Assembly (NCBI GenBank): GCA_947445035.1
Contig: CANFCK010000014.1
Coordinates: 55,178 to 119,177 of the forward strand
Source of the DNA: Deltaproteobacteria bacterium
Lineage (GTDB): Bacteria > Myxococcota_A > UBA796 > SXON01
Length of the DNA stretch: 64,000 bases
Direction: 5' to 3'
Shown: in pieces, positions 44,720 to 54,424 of the stretch
How positions within the stretch are numbered: position 1 is the first letter of the stretch
Layout: each line of letters starts with the position of its first letter
Notes under the pieces: model-generated
What the model was told of the DNA's origin: nothing
The model's database searches: none
Seen by the model: only the letters and a program-made list of their open reading frames with translations
Position numbers and translations under genes: made by a program

Positions 44720-45309
44720 CCCCCCAAGGCTCCTTTACCCACTTCTATCCGACCGGCGCGGGCGTGGGTTGCGGGCTTCTGAGCGATGGCGGTGGCAGAT
44801 GCGAGCCGGATTGGCCCCACGAAGGGTCCGCGCGGGACCTGCCCGATGTCATGGCGATGTCGGTGTCGCAGTTTTACCTGGCCCTGATCGACTTGGCCGG
44901 TGCGCTCACCGTGGACATGGACTTTGTGGAGCCGGTCGATACCGTCGTCGTCAGTGGGTCGTGGACGGCAATTGCGGGTGATGACTGGGGCTCGTTTTGT
45001 GGACTGCAGCGTCAGGGTACACTCGTGTGCTGGGACCTCGGGCCGGGGCCCACGTCCATGCCGGTCCCCCTTTCCGCGCCGACCGGCACCTACCAACAGG
45101 TATGCCTCACCGCGAACGATCAGGCCTGCGTCCTCGACGCCGGCGGCAAGGCAACATGCTGGGGCGCCGAACGGATGGAGGCCCCGGACGAGACCTTCAG
45201 CAAGCTGGCCTGCGGAACCCATTCGGTGTGCGGCCTGACCGACGACGGCCGCATCGTCTGCTGGGGCGCCTGCGACAACGGGGAGTGTGATGTCCCGACC
45301 TATGAATAG
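44716..45309 (+). CDS. RCC1-like-repeat protein, coupled to the previous gene (ATGA). It may be the C-terminal part of one split gene.
   Basis: MTPQGSFTHFYPTGAGVGCGLLSDGGGRCEP...SFCGLQRQGTLVCWD...ACVLDAGGKATCWGA...VCGLTDDGRIVCWGAC. Four more RCC1-like Cys/Trp/Gly units are present. Confidence 0.55.
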   Translation: MTPQGSFTHFYPTGAGVGCGLLSDGGGRCEPDWPHEGSARDLPDVMAMSVSQFYLALIDLAGALTVDMDFVEPVDTVVVSGSWTAIAGDDWGSFCGLQRQGTLVCWDLGPGPTSMPVPLSAPTGTYQQVCLTANDQACVLDAGGKATCWGAERMEAPDETFSKLACGTHSVCGLTDDGRIVCWGACDNGECDVPTYE

Positions 45310-45443
45310 CGTCTGTCGGACCGTGGCGTGACCCGCGTGAACTGGGCGCGGTAGTCTCGCCTGGGACGCCGCGTCGCGGCCCAGCGCCTGCCTGTCGAGA
45401 CGCCTGGGCCTGGCGCGACGCCCAAACAGAGTTCGGTCGCCCC

Positions 45444-46751
45444 CTACCGCAAAAGCGCCTCCATCGTCGCGATGGTCTCCGCCAGCGGCGTCGCCTCTTC
45501 CACCGGCTGCGCGAGCCAGGCGTGGATCTTGTCGATGCGCGCGATGGCGGCGTCGACGGGGGGGCTGGAGCCGGCCTTGTAGGCGCCTAGTCGCACGAGC
45601 TCCTCGTTCTGCGCCCAGGTGTTGAGCACGGTGCGCACTTTGCGAGCGGCCTCGCGGTGCGGCGCTCCAGTCACGACGTCCATGACCCGGGAGATGCTCG
45701 CCAGCACATCGACAGCGGGGAAGCGGCCCTGCCCTGCGATCTTGCGGCTGAGCACGACATGGCCGTCCACGATGCCGCGGACCGCGTCGCCGACGGGGTC
45801 GGCTTCGACATCGTCGCCGTCCACCAGCACGGTGTAGAGCGCGGTGATGCTGCCGCGGTTGGCGCCCGGACCCGCCCGCTCCAAAAGGCGAGGCAAGAGC
45901 GAAAAGCAGCTTGGGGTGTAGCCGCGGGTCGTCGGGGGCTCGCCGACCGCGAGGCCGATCTGCCGTTGGGCCATCGCAAGCCGAGTGACGCTGTCGAGCA
46001 TGAGCATCACGTCGCGGCCTTGATCGCGGAAGTGCTCGGCCACGGCCATCGCCAAGAAGGCACCGCGCAGTTGCAACACGGGAGAGCGATCACTGGTCAC
46101 GACGATGACCACGCTGCGGCGCAGGCCCTCGGGCCCGAGGACGTCCTCGAGGAACTCGCGAACCTCGCGGCCGCGTTCGCCGACCAGCGCGATGACGTTG
46201 ACGTCGGCAGCGCTTCGGCGCGCGATCATGCCGAGCAGCGTGCTCTTGCCTACACCGGAGCCGGCCATCAGTCCGACGCGCTGACCGCGGCCCAGGGTCA
46301 GGAGCCCATCGAGTACCCGGACGCCGGTCGGGAGCGGGGTCCGCACCAGCGAGCGCGACATCGCGTCGGGAGGGAGCGCGTGCAGCGGGCGCGCGATGAC
46401 CCCGGCGATGGGGCCCTTGCCGTCGAGCGGCTGCCCGAATCCGTCGATCACCCGCCCGCGAAGCGCGTCGCTGACCATCGCCATCGGCATCTCGCCGGTG
46501 CAGGTCACGCTTGCCCCGTGACGCACGCCGTCCAACGACGAAAAGGGCATCAGCAGCGCCCGGCGCTCCTTGAAGCCGACGGTCTCGGCGGGGCCCACGC
46601 CATCGATGATCGCGACCTCGCCGATGCGCGCGCCCGGCAGCTCGGCCGTGACCAGGGTCCCTTGCACCGCGACCACCCGGCCGCGGCGACTCTGGGTCGG
46701 CGCGTCGGTCCAGCGTCGTTCGAGCGACTCCAAGCCCAAGAGCGAGGCGCT
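45444..46751 (-). CDS. fliI: Flagellum-specific ATPase FliI
   Basis: The start at 46751 gives MSASLLGLESLERRW... The Walker A motif (MAGSGVGKSTLLGMIAR) and Walker B motif (VMLMLDSVTRLAMAQRQIGLAVGEPP) are present. The protein is related to F1-beta and T3SS ATPases. Confidence 0.92.
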   Translation of the reverse strand, partial: SASLLGLESLERRWTDAPTQSRRGRVVAVQGTLVTAELPGARIGEVAIIDGVGPAETVGFKERRALLMPFSSLDGVRHGASVTCTGEMPMAMVSDALRGRVIDGFGQPLDGKGPIAGVIARPLHALPPDAMSRSLVRTPLPTGVRVLDGLLTLGRGQRVGLMAGSGVGKSTLLGMIARRSAADVNVIALVGERGREVREFLEDVLGPEGLRRSVVIVVTSDRSPVLQLRGAFLAMAVAEHFRDQGRDVMLMLDSVTRLAMAQRQIGLAVGEPPTTRGYTPSCFSLLPRLLERAGPGANRGSITALYTVLVDGDDVEADPVGDAVRGIVDGHVVLSRKIAGQGRFPAVDVLASISRVMDVVTGAPHREAARKVRTVLNTWAQNEELVRLGAYKAGSSPPVDAAIARIDKIHAWLAQPVEEATPLAETIATMEALLR

Positions 46752-47548
46752 CATGCGCTGCGCTTCCACGCCTGGACCTCGGCCAGAAGCGAGCCAGAGG
46801 CGGTGTTGAGGGTCGCATCGACGATGCCCGCGTCGCCCTCGGCGATGCATCCCGCCTGCACGGAGGGGTCTCCCAGTACGCGGATGCTCTCGCCCATCGC
46901 GGACTGCACGCGCTCGACGTCTGCGGGGTTCACGCGCACGGTGACCGCGCCTGAGGACAGGGTTTCGACGGTCTCGCGGACCAACGCTTCGAGCAGGCCC
47001 GGCTGCGCTTGGAGCGCGTCTCCGGCGAGTTTGCGGGCACCTAGGAGCAGCAGGGTACCGGCGTGGGCGCGAAGCTCTGCGACCATGCTCTGCTTGAGCC
47101 GGGCCAGCTCGGCGGCGAGCTGTCCGAGACGTTCGGTGGAGGCGGCGGCGCGGAGCTTCTGAGCTTGGAGATCGGCGACGAGGTGCGCGTGTTCGGCCTC
47201 GCGCACGCGGTCGAGCTCGGCGTTTTCTGCGGCCGTCGCCTCGGCGCCCTTGACGGCTTGGGCGATGGCCTCGGCCTGGACCTGCTCGGCGAGCGAAACG
47301 TACCCGGACGCAGTGCCAGCCGGCAGTCCGTCGTCGCTCGGGGCGGTGGCCGGGTCGTCGGTGTGCTCAACCGACTCGTCGAGCGCCGGAGCCGGCGCCT
47401 CGGCCGCGACCGGGTCTCGCGCGGGTAGCCCAGCGGTGAACACCATCGATCGGGCCGGTGCCAGCGTGCTGAAGGCGCGAGGCGCGCCGCCGCTTGGCGC
47501 GCTGGGAACGAACACGCCGCGGGGTGACAGAGGGCGGAAGGTGGCCAC
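46751..47548 (-). CDS. fliH: Flagellar assembly protein FliH
   Basis: 265 aa with a coiled-coil charged central region (…AENAELDRVREAEHAHLVADLQAQKLRAA…) and a C-terminal FliH/YscL-like domain. It lies immediately upstream of fliI and its stop overlaps the fliI start. Confidence 0.7.
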   Translation of the reverse strand: MATFRPLSPRGVFVPSAPSGGAPRAFSTLAPARSMVFTAGLPARDPVAAEAPAPALDESVEHTDDPATAPSDDGLPAGTASGYVSLAEQVQAEAIAQAVKGAEATAAENAELDRVREAEHAHLVADLQAQKLRAAASTERLGQLAAELARLKQSMVAELRAHAGTLLLLGARKLAGDALQAQPGLLEALVRETVETLSSGAVTVRVNPADVERVQSAMGESIRVLGDPSVQAGCIAEGDAGIVDATLNTASGSLLAEVQAWKRSA

Positions 47549-47551
47549 GTC

Positions 47552-48598
47552 CTACGCGTCCTCGTCCGGACCGGTCGCGAGCACGATGACGCCTTCGTCA
47601 TGGAGCCGCTGCGCCGCTGCGGTGACGCTCTCCTGGGCCGTGCGCATCTGCGACTTGCGGGGGTTGCCAAGCACGTCCATCTCGTCTTGGAGATCGGCGG
47701 CAGCGCGGCTGGACAGGTTCTTGAGGAAACGGCCCTTGAGCTCGGGCGGCGCACCCTTGAGCGCCATGACGAGGTGGCCGCGCTCCACCACCTTGAGCAC
47801 CTGCTGGATGGCGCGGTCGTCGAGGTTGATGAGGTCGTCGAAGACCACCATGAGTCGCTGCAGCTTGTCGGCCAGTTCGTTGCCCTCGTCGCGCAGCCGC
47901 TCAAGGACCAGCTGGTTCGTTTCGCGGGGCAGGCGGCCGAGGATGCGCGCCGTGGTCTGAGCGCCGCCGATGAGCAGCGGGTCGTCCTGATCTTCGAGAG
48001 CACGCCGGATGGCGTCTTCCACGTCGTCCGCCAGCTCCCCCGAGACGCGCTCAGCGCCCGCCATGCGCTTGGTCAGATCGTACTGCGCTTCGGCGTCGAG
48101 CACGCCCAGCACACGGGAGGCGTTCTCGGGCCCCATGCGCAGCAGGGCCACGGCCTGAACCTGGGGGTGCTCCTCACGCAGCACCGCCGCAATGGCGCCA
48201 GCGGAGCGGCTCTTGATGAAGTCTTCGAAGTCGCTGCCAACACGACGGCGGATGGCGCCGGCCACCACATGCCGACGCTCCTCATCGACCAGCTCGGGCA
48301 GCACGGACTGCGCGAAGTCGCGACCGGTGTACGGTACCAGCGACACGCTCTGCAGGCTGAGGATGAAGTCCTTGACCACGCCTTCGATCACCTCGTCAGG
48401 CACTTGCTGGACGGCGGCGATGGCCATCCCAAGGCGCTTGACCTCGTCGTCCTTGAGCTTGCGCAGCACCATCCGCGCGGTGTCGCGCTGCAGGTACATG
48501 ATGAGGATGGCGGCCTTTTCGAGCCCGCTCAGCGTCACCAATGGCTTGGCGGGAACCTCGGCGGCCTTGGCTTCATCTTTTTTTGCGGCGGCGGCCAT
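47552..48598 (-). CDS. fliG: Flagellar motor switch protein FliG
   Basis: 348 aa. '…LSGLEKAAILIMYLQRDTARMVLRKLKDDEVKRLGMAIAAV…' and the C-terminal 'DDRAIQQVLKVVERGHLVMALKGAPPELKGRFLKNLSSRAA' match the FliG armadillo and torque-helix regions. Confidence 0.9.
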   Translation of the reverse strand: MAAAAKKDEAKAAEVPAKPLVTLSGLEKAAILIMYLQRDTARMVLRKLKDDEVKRLGMAIAAVQQVPDEVIEGVVKDFILSLQSVSLVPYTGRDFAQSVLPELVDEERRHVVAGAIRRRVGSDFEDFIKSRSAGAIAAVLREEHPQVQAVALLRMGPENASRVLGVLDAEAQYDLTKRMAGAERVSGELADDVEDAIRRALEDQDDPLLIGGAQTTARILGRLPRETNQLVLERLRDEGNELADKLQRLMVVFDDLINLDDRAIQQVLKVVERGHLVMALKGAPPELKGRFLKNLSSRAAADLQDEMDVLGNPRKSQMRTAQESVTAAAQRLHDEGVIVLATGPDEDA

Positions 48599-48607
48599 CG
48601 CGACTCC

Positions 48608-50251
48608 TTAGGTCCGTATCCAGCGACGGAGCACTTCCGCGCTGTGGTCAGTTTCGCGGAGCACCAGCGCGGAGACGTCCTGCGCGCTGACGTGGCGGAA
48701 GCCCTCGACCTGCTTGCGCAGCCGCTCGCCGAGGTCCGTAACGTGGTCGTCGTGTTCGCCACCGACCTGAGCGTGTTGGCCGTACGCCGCCGCACCCCTG
48801 GTCGCCGAACCCGCCACACGGGTGACGGTGATCGGCGTGCCGTCAGGGCCGATCGTCTCGACGGTTTCCATGTGAGCGGGCTGGCCGAGCGAGACCGCCC
48901 CGTGCAGTTGAAGCGCCTTGAGCAGCGGGCGGACCACCATGAAGAAGGTGAGCAGCACCGCCACCAGCGCGACGGCGGCCGGAATGAGGCTCGCCCATGG
49001 AATGGCTACGGAGAAAGTCGCGTCGCTCATCGGGGTCTCCGCAAAGGGAACGAAGCGCACGTTGATGGCGTCGCCGCGCTTGGCGTCAAACCCGAGGGCC
49101 GTCTGGGCGACCAGCTCCAGCGAGGCGCGCAGCTCCTTCTCGTCGATCTTGCTGGCGGTCGCGATGGCCTGCACCGTGGCGAGGTCGATCATCACGCCGG
49201 CGCTGATGCGCTTGAGCTCGCCGGCCGGCTTGATCGTCGTGGTCTGGGTGGTGCTGACCTGGTATTGGGTGTCGGTCTGCTCGCGTTTGCGGGCGGTTCC
49301 GGCGTTGGATGGGGTCGCGACCGTAGGAGTGTTGCTCTGCACCCCGGCTTCGCCCGGTTGGGCACCGGTGGTGGTGGCGCTGTTCTGATCGCTCTCGGCC
49401 TTTTCGCGGATGGCGGCCACGCTGTCGGGGTCGACGGCGTTGACGGTCGATTGGGAGGAGGTGCTGTCGACGTCGAGCTGCACGATCACGCTGACCGCGG
49501 CCGGGGTGCCCAGCACGGCCGCCAGGGCCTCGGTGACGGTCTTCTGCATCCGTGCAGCGCGCCGCTCGGCTTCGTCGGGGGCGGCGGCAGGATCCTCGAC
49601 GCCTTCGCCGGACCAGATGGTGCGGCCGGTGTTCTGATCGACCACGGTCACGTCGGCGTCGGTCATGCCGGGAAGGCCGTCGGCGACGAGCTTCGCGATG
49701 GTCTTGCCCAGGTCGCGGTTGGCAGTCATGCCCGCTTCGGTCTTGATGCTCACCGAGGCGCTGGGCCGGGCATCGTCGCCGAGGAAGCCGGTGCCCTGGT
49801 CGAGGTTGACCAGCACCGAGCTGGCGGCGATGCCGCGGATGCCGTTGATCTGCTTGACGAGCTCGCCCGCCAGCATCTTCTGGAGGTAGACCTTCTCCGC
49901 CCAGGGGGTGCTCCACGCCGGCACGTCGGTGACACCTTCGAGGCCGGTGGCAGCGGGGTTGCCGGCGGTCGCCTTCTTGGCGCTCGCCAGGTCGATCGAG
50001 GGCACTTCGATCGTCTGGCCGTCCGCGCCCAGCCGCCAGTCCACGCCGGCCGCGCTGAGCTGGTCGAGGATGACCGTACGGTTGTCGTTGTCGTAGACCC
50101 GGTTGAGCTTGCTCCAGCTCGGCTGGCTCGCCCAGATACCCACCCCGATCAGGGCGAGGAGGGAGGCGCCGGCGGCCACGCCCAGTACCTTCTTACGGGT
50201 GGCGTCGAGGCCACTCCAGAACTCGGTCACCTGGGTCCGCACATCCGACAC
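48608..50251 (-). CDS. fliF: Flagellar M-ring protein FliF
   Basis: 547 aa. MSDVRTQVTEFWSGLDATRKKVLGVAAGASLLALIGVGIWASQPSW... The N-terminal TM, the ring-building motifs and the C-terminal TM with a FliG-binding tail are all present. Confidence 0.9.
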   Translation of the reverse strand: MSDVRTQVTEFWSGLDATRKKVLGVAAGASLLALIGVGIWASQPSWSKLNRVYDNDNRTVILDQLSAAGVDWRLGADGQTIEVPSIDLASAKKATAGNPAATGLEGVTDVPAWSTPWAEKVYLQKMLAGELVKQINGIRGIAASSVLVNLDQGTGFLGDDARPSASVSIKTEAGMTANRDLGKTIAKLVADGLPGMTDADVTVVDQNTGRTIWSGEGVEDPAAAPDEAERRAARMQKTVTEALAAVLGTPAAVSVIVQLDVDSTSSQSTVNAVDPDSVAAIREKAESDQNSATTTGAQPGEAGVQSNTPTVATPSNAGTARKREQTDTQYQVSTTQTTTIKPAGELKRISAGVMIDLATVQAIATASKIDEKELRASLELVAQTALGFDAKRGDAINVRFVPFAETPMSDATFSVAIPWASLIPAAVALVAVLLTFFMVVRPLLKALQLHGAVSLGQPAHMETVETIGPDGTPITVTRVAGSATRGAAAYGQHAQVGGEHDDHVTDLGERLRKQVEGFRHVSAQDVSALVLRETDHSAEVLRRWIRT

Positions 50252-50321
50252 TCAACAATCCAGTTCATGGCCGTCATCGGTCACACCGGGAATTGCTTGA
50301 GCGGGACGGGCGTGATTATTT

Positions 50322-52199
50322 TCAGAGGGTGGTCAGGTACGCTTCGATGTCGTCCAGATCGGCCTCGGAGAGGGAGGAGGTGTCCCCCATCTCGCCAGTC
50401 TGGCTCAGTTTCAGGACGTCACGGAGGGTCGCGGCGCGCCCGTCGTGCAGGTAGGGCGGGGTGGCCGCGATGCCGATGAGCGAAGGGGTGTCGACGCCCT
50501 TGAGCCCGAACATGTCGTGGGGGAGTTGGTCGGTCATGCGCTCGCCGTTGTGGCAGCCGGCGCAGCCGATGTCGTAGCGATTGAACAGCGCCAGACCCCG
50601 CTCCGTGGCCGCAGTGACCTCGCCCTTGCGCGGGTGGTCGACGTCGCGGGTGTAGTCGAGGAAGGCCGCGATGGCATCGAGCTGAGCATCGGTGATGCCC
50701 ACCCCGCCGAGGCGCTCCTGGCTGGTGATGCGCGCTTCTTCTTGGAGCGTGGTCACCCCCGCGGTCCAGGTGAACGGCGCGGTCAGCGAGACCGGACCCG
50801 CAAAGGACGGAGTCTGCCGGATTCCTGAATCGACGGGCCAGGTCATCCCGTCGTTGCGGCCCTCGAAGTGGCAGGCCGAGCAGGAGAGCCCTGCGGCGGG
50901 GGTGACCACCGCGGGGTTGGTGGCGGCGTAAAACAGGGCACGGCCCTCGGTGATCTCGGAGCCGAGGGTGTTGGCGGTGAGCTCGACCGCGGGCTCGGCC
51001 GTGACCATCGCCTTGGCGGCCTCGCCGCCGGTGAGCTGGGCGTCGATCAGCGCCTGGATCGGCGCAAGTTCGATCCTGGAGAGCGCGCGATCGAGGAAGA
51101 GGTGTACCCACGGCACGCCGTCGGGCGCGAGCGCGATGCCCCGTGGGCCGGCGCCGGTGCCGACCAGGACCGTGGGGCTCAAGAAGAAGCCGCCCGGGCC
51201 CTCGCTCATCGTCGCGGGGTCGGCGCCGAGCACGATGACATTCTTGGAGGTCTCCATGGTGCCGAAGAGCAAGCCGCCATCGGCCGAGTAGCTGGTGCTG
51301 GCCAGATAGCTGCGCACCACCATCGGGTGCTCGGGGTCGTCGGTGGCGGCGTAGCCTTCCGCATAGACGATGGGACCTGCCGCACCGAGCGGCGCCCCAT
51401 GCTCGTCCACGTCCAAGAGGGCAATGCCAGGGTTGTTCGGGGAGAGTCCCAGGCCGAGCTTCTCGTAGCGCTCTGCCGGATCGTGCCCTTCCTCGCCATG
51501 ATTGCCGCCCGGTACGCTCACGTCGTCGACCCAGAGTCCGGGGATCGCGAGCTGGTCGCCGTCGGGATTGAAGGCCGGGTCACCGGTCAGACGCCGCGCG
51601 TAGGGCTGGTCCATCTGCTTTCCGGCGCCCATCAGCGTCGGGAACTCGATGGGAATGGGGGTCGCTTCTGGCTCGGTGGTATCGACGTAGGAGACGATTC
51701 CGCCCACGGCCGCGCTCACGTACAGCGTGTCGCCGCTGGGGTGGAGGGCCAGCCACGACGGACGACCGGGGATGGCGATCACGCGCACAGGTGAGAGGTC
51801 GCGGTCCAGCTCGTGCACCTCGTCCTGCGTGGAGAGCGCCACGTACACGTGCTCCCCATCGGCGCTGGCTACGATGCCCAGCGGCTCGGCGCCGGTCTCG
51901 ACGCGGTGTAGCAGGGTGAGCTGCCCGTCGACGTCTTGGAGCACGGCGATGCTCCGCTCGGCCCGCAGCGTGACCAGGAGGCGGTCGCCCAGGACAACGA
52001 TGCGGGAGGGCTCGCCACCCAGGTCGAGGCTGTCGATCGTGCCGCGCTCCAGGTCGTAGCGGGAGACCACGCCCTCGTCGGTGTGCGCCACGTAGAGTGC
52101 GTCTTCGCTCGCCGCGGCGGACTGGCTGCCGGTGCCGGTGGTCTCGGGCGGCGGCGTGCACGCGGCGAAGCTCAAGAGGGCGAGGGTGGGGCGGAGCAC
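50322..52199 (-). CDS. Lipoprotein consisting of an N-terminal beta-propeller-like domain and a C-terminal di-haem cytochrome c peroxidase-family domain
   Basis: MLRPTLALLSFAACT provides a lipobox. Two CxxCH haem-binding motifs are present (CSACHFEGRNDG; CAGCHNGERMTD), together with 'GVDTPSLIGIAATPPYLHDGRAATL' (CCP/MauG family). The propeller-like part has repeats such as 'GxHVYVAL' and 'DTLYV'. Confidence 0.8.
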   Translation of the reverse strand: MLRPTLALLSFAACTPPPETTGTGSQSAAASEDALYVAHTDEGVVSRYDLERGTIDSLDLGGEPSRIVVLGDRLLVTLRAERSIAVLQDVDGQLTLLHRVETGAEPLGIVASADGEHVYVALSTQDEVHELDRDLSPVRVIAIPGRPSWLALHPSGDTLYVSAAVGGIVSYVDTTEPEATPIPIEFPTLMGAGKQMDQPYARRLTGDPAFNPDGDQLAIPGLWVDDVSVPGGNHGEEGHDPAERYEKLGLGLSPNNPGIALLDVDEHGAPLGAAGPIVYAEGYAATDDPEHPMVVRSYLASTSYSADGGLLFGTMETSKNVIVLGADPATMSEGPGGFFLSPTVLVGTGAGPRGIALAPDGVPWVHLFLDRALSRIELAPIQALIDAQLTGGEAAKAMVTAEPAVELTANTLGSEITEGRALFYAATNPAVVTPAAGLSCSACHFEGRNDGMTWPVDSGIRQTPSFAGPVSLTAPFTWTAGVTTLQEEARITSQERLGGVGITDAQLDAIAAFLDYTRDVDHPRKGEVTAATERGLALFNRYDIGCAGCHNGERMTDQLPHDMFGLKGVDTPSLIGIAATPPYLHDGRAATLRDVLKLSQTGEMGDTSSLSEADLDDIEAYLTTL

Positions 52200-52450
52200 G
52201 GGGGTAGTGTACTCCTGTCCGTCGGCGAACCGAAGCCAGGGGATGGCGGCCGCCCGGCTTCGCCGCGGCGGCGTTGCCGTGCGATCCGTCTCCAGTGCGG
52301 GCTACGCCTTGAACCGCTCGGGCCAGCGCTGCTCGGTTTCGCCAGCGGGGAGTTCGGTCGCCTGTGGCGCCCAGTCCCCCTCGCGGCGCTTGCTCGCGCG
52401 CGAACCCGCTTGCGGGACCGTCCAGCTTGAAGTACAGACCACGGGTGGAG

Positions 52451-54376
52451 ATGCGCGGGATGCGTGGAGTCGGCCGGTTCGCCCTGACGCTCCTACCGCT
52501 TTCGGGGTGCGAGGCCGAGCCGGCGCCAGAAGCGGTCGAGTCAAGTTGGGCCGGAACCTCCCCCACGGGCAGCCAGCCGATTGTTGCCTCGGCGGACGGC
52601 TCCGTCCTGGTTTCGGTGCTCGCCGACGAAGGACTCGTGGTGCGGGCGGAGGGTGACGACGTCTCACGTCTCCCCCTTGGCGGGACCCCGAGCCGGGTGG
52701 CGTCCCTCGGCGACAAGCTGCTGGTCACCCTGCGCTCCGAGCGCGGCATCGCCGTGCTCGCAGAGGTGGACGGGGCGCTGGTAGAAGTGAATCGGGTCGC
52801 GACAGGCGCGGAGCCGATGGCGGTGGTGGTCTCTCCGGACGGTTCGCGGGTGTACGTCGCGCTGTACGGACACGACGAGGTTCGGGTGTACGACGCCGAC
52901 CTTTCCGTCGTCCGGACCCTCGTCGCGCCGGGCCTCCCGACCTGGCTCGCCCTGCACCCCAGCGGCGACAGTCTCTACGTTGTCGCGGGTGTGGGCGGTG
53001 GCGTCACGTGGTTCGACCTCCGCGAGTCCGAGCCGGTCGGCGTCCCCATCGACATTCCCGCCCTCGATGGCGCCGGCCGCGATGGCGACCTCCAATTCAC
53101 GCGACGGCTCACCGGCGATCCGGCGGTGCGCCCCGATGGCGGCCAACTCGCTGTCCCCGGGCTGTGGGTCGACAACACTTCGGCCCCCAAACACAGCGCG
53201 GAAGAGCAGGCCACGCGCGATCCCGCCGTCGCCTACGACATGATCGGCCTCGGCCTCGCACCGACCAATCCGGGCCTGATTCTGGTCGAGCTCGACCCGG
53301 CGACGGGCACCCCGCTCGGCGTCGATCTCCGCTATGCCACCTCCGAGGCCTCGCCCGCCGATCCCGAGCTGCCGCAAGTGGTGCGCGGCTACCTCGCCGG
53401 CGTCGCCTATTCGCCCGATGGCGCCTACCTCGCAGCGCCGATGGAGAACTCGCGGTTGGTGGTGGTGATGGCGGCTGACCAGTCCAGCGAGAGCGCGACG
53501 TTGGGTGGGTTCCGCGAGGGCCCGCTGGCCACGGTGCTCACCGAGGACGGCCCCCGAGGTGTCAGCTGGACCGATGCCGGCGTCAGCGTGCTCAACGTCT
53601 TTTCGCTCACGATGGCGGAGCTGCCCGTCGCCGAGGCGATCGCCGGGATCGACGCCGAGCTCGCTGCCGGTGGTCTCGGACACACCCACATCGCGGCGGC
53701 GCCGGGTCTGGTCCTCTCGCCGCCGCTTTTCAACGACCAGCTCACGGAAGGGCGGCTGCTCTTTTCCTCGGCGATCTTCCCGGAGATGGCCACGCGTGAC
53801 TCAGGGGTTTCCTGCACCACCTGCCATGTGGACAGCCGCATGGACGGCATCGCCTGGCCCGACTTCGACAAGATTCCGCGACAGACCAAGACCCTGGCGG
53901 GGCCGATGTCCCTCACCGCGCCGTTCACCTGGACCGAAGATGTCCTGACGGTCGCCGAGGAGTCGCGGATCACCAGCGAAAGCCGCCTCGGCGGCCGCAA
54001 TGCCACCGATGCCCAGCACGACGCGGTGGCCGCGTGGATTGAGCACACCCCCGACGTTGATCACGCCGATCGTGGCGCTACGACCGAGGCGGTCACCCGT
54101 GGGAAGGCCCTCTTCGAACGCGAGGACGTTGGCTGCGCCGGCTGCCACGGGGGTGTCCGCTACTCGGACCAGGGCCGCCACGACCTCTACGAGCTCGCTG
54201 GCGTCGACACTCCAGCGCTGGTCGGCATCGCAGCTACCGCGCCCTATCTACACGACGGCCGCGCCCCCACCCTCCGCTCCGTTCTGGAGTCCAGTCGCGA
54301 CGGTGAGATGGGCGACACGTCAATGCTGTCGGAGGCGGAAATGGCCGATCTCGAAGCGTTCTTGCGGTCGTTGTAG
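52451..54376 (+). CDS. A paralogue of the beta-propeller + di-haem CCP-like lipoprotein at 50322-52199, transcribed divergently from it
   Basis: MRGMRGVGRFALTLLPLSGCE provides a lipobox. The domain order is the same. The CxxCH motifs are CTTCHVDSRMDG and CAGCHGGVRYSD, with 'GVDTPALVGIAATAPYLHDGRAPTL'. Many blocks are colinear with the paralogue (LGDKLLVTLRSERGIAVL vs LGDRLLVTLRAERSIAVL). Confidence 0.8.
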   Translation: MRGMRGVGRFALTLLPLSGCEAEPAPEAVESSWAGTSPTGSQPIVASADGSVLVSVLADEGLVVRAEGDDVSRLPLGGTPSRVASLGDKLLVTLRSERGIAVLAEVDGALVEVNRVATGAEPMAVVVSPDGSRVYVALYGHDEVRVYDADLSVVRTLVAPGLPTWLALHPSGDSLYVVAGVGGGVTWFDLRESEPVGVPIDIPALDGAGRDGDLQFTRRLTGDPAVRPDGGQLAVPGLWVDNTSAPKHSAEEQATRDPAVAYDMIGLGLAPTNPGLILVELDPATGTPLGVDLRYATSEASPADPELPQVVRGYLAGVAYSPDGAYLAAPMENSRLVVVMAADQSSESATLGGFREGPLATVLTEDGPRGVSWTDAGVSVLNVFSLTMAELPVAEAIAGIDAELAAGGLGHTHIAAAPGLVLSPPLFNDQLTEGRLLFSSAIFPEMATRDSGVSCTTCHVDSRMDGIAWPDFDKIPRQTKTLAGPMSLTAPFTWTEDVLTVAEESRITSESRLGGRNATDAQHDAVAAWIEHTPDVDHADRGATTEAVTRGKALFEREDVGCAGCHGGVRYSDQGRHDLYELAGVDTPALVGIAATAPYLHDGRAPTLRSVLESSRDGEMGDTSMLSEAEMADLEAFLRSL

Positions 54377-54424
54377 ACCTGGTCGTCCGTCGGGTCGCAG
54401 GTGGCGCCCTCGTCCACGCTGGCC

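Noticed and set aside
47600-50479. A 959-aa plus-strand ORF across fliG and fliF
   Set aside because: It is antisense to two well-conserved flagellar genes.
52664-53689. A 341-aa minus-strand ORF inside the second CCP-propeller gene
   Set aside because: It is antisense to a gene with two CxxCH motifs and a clear paralogue.
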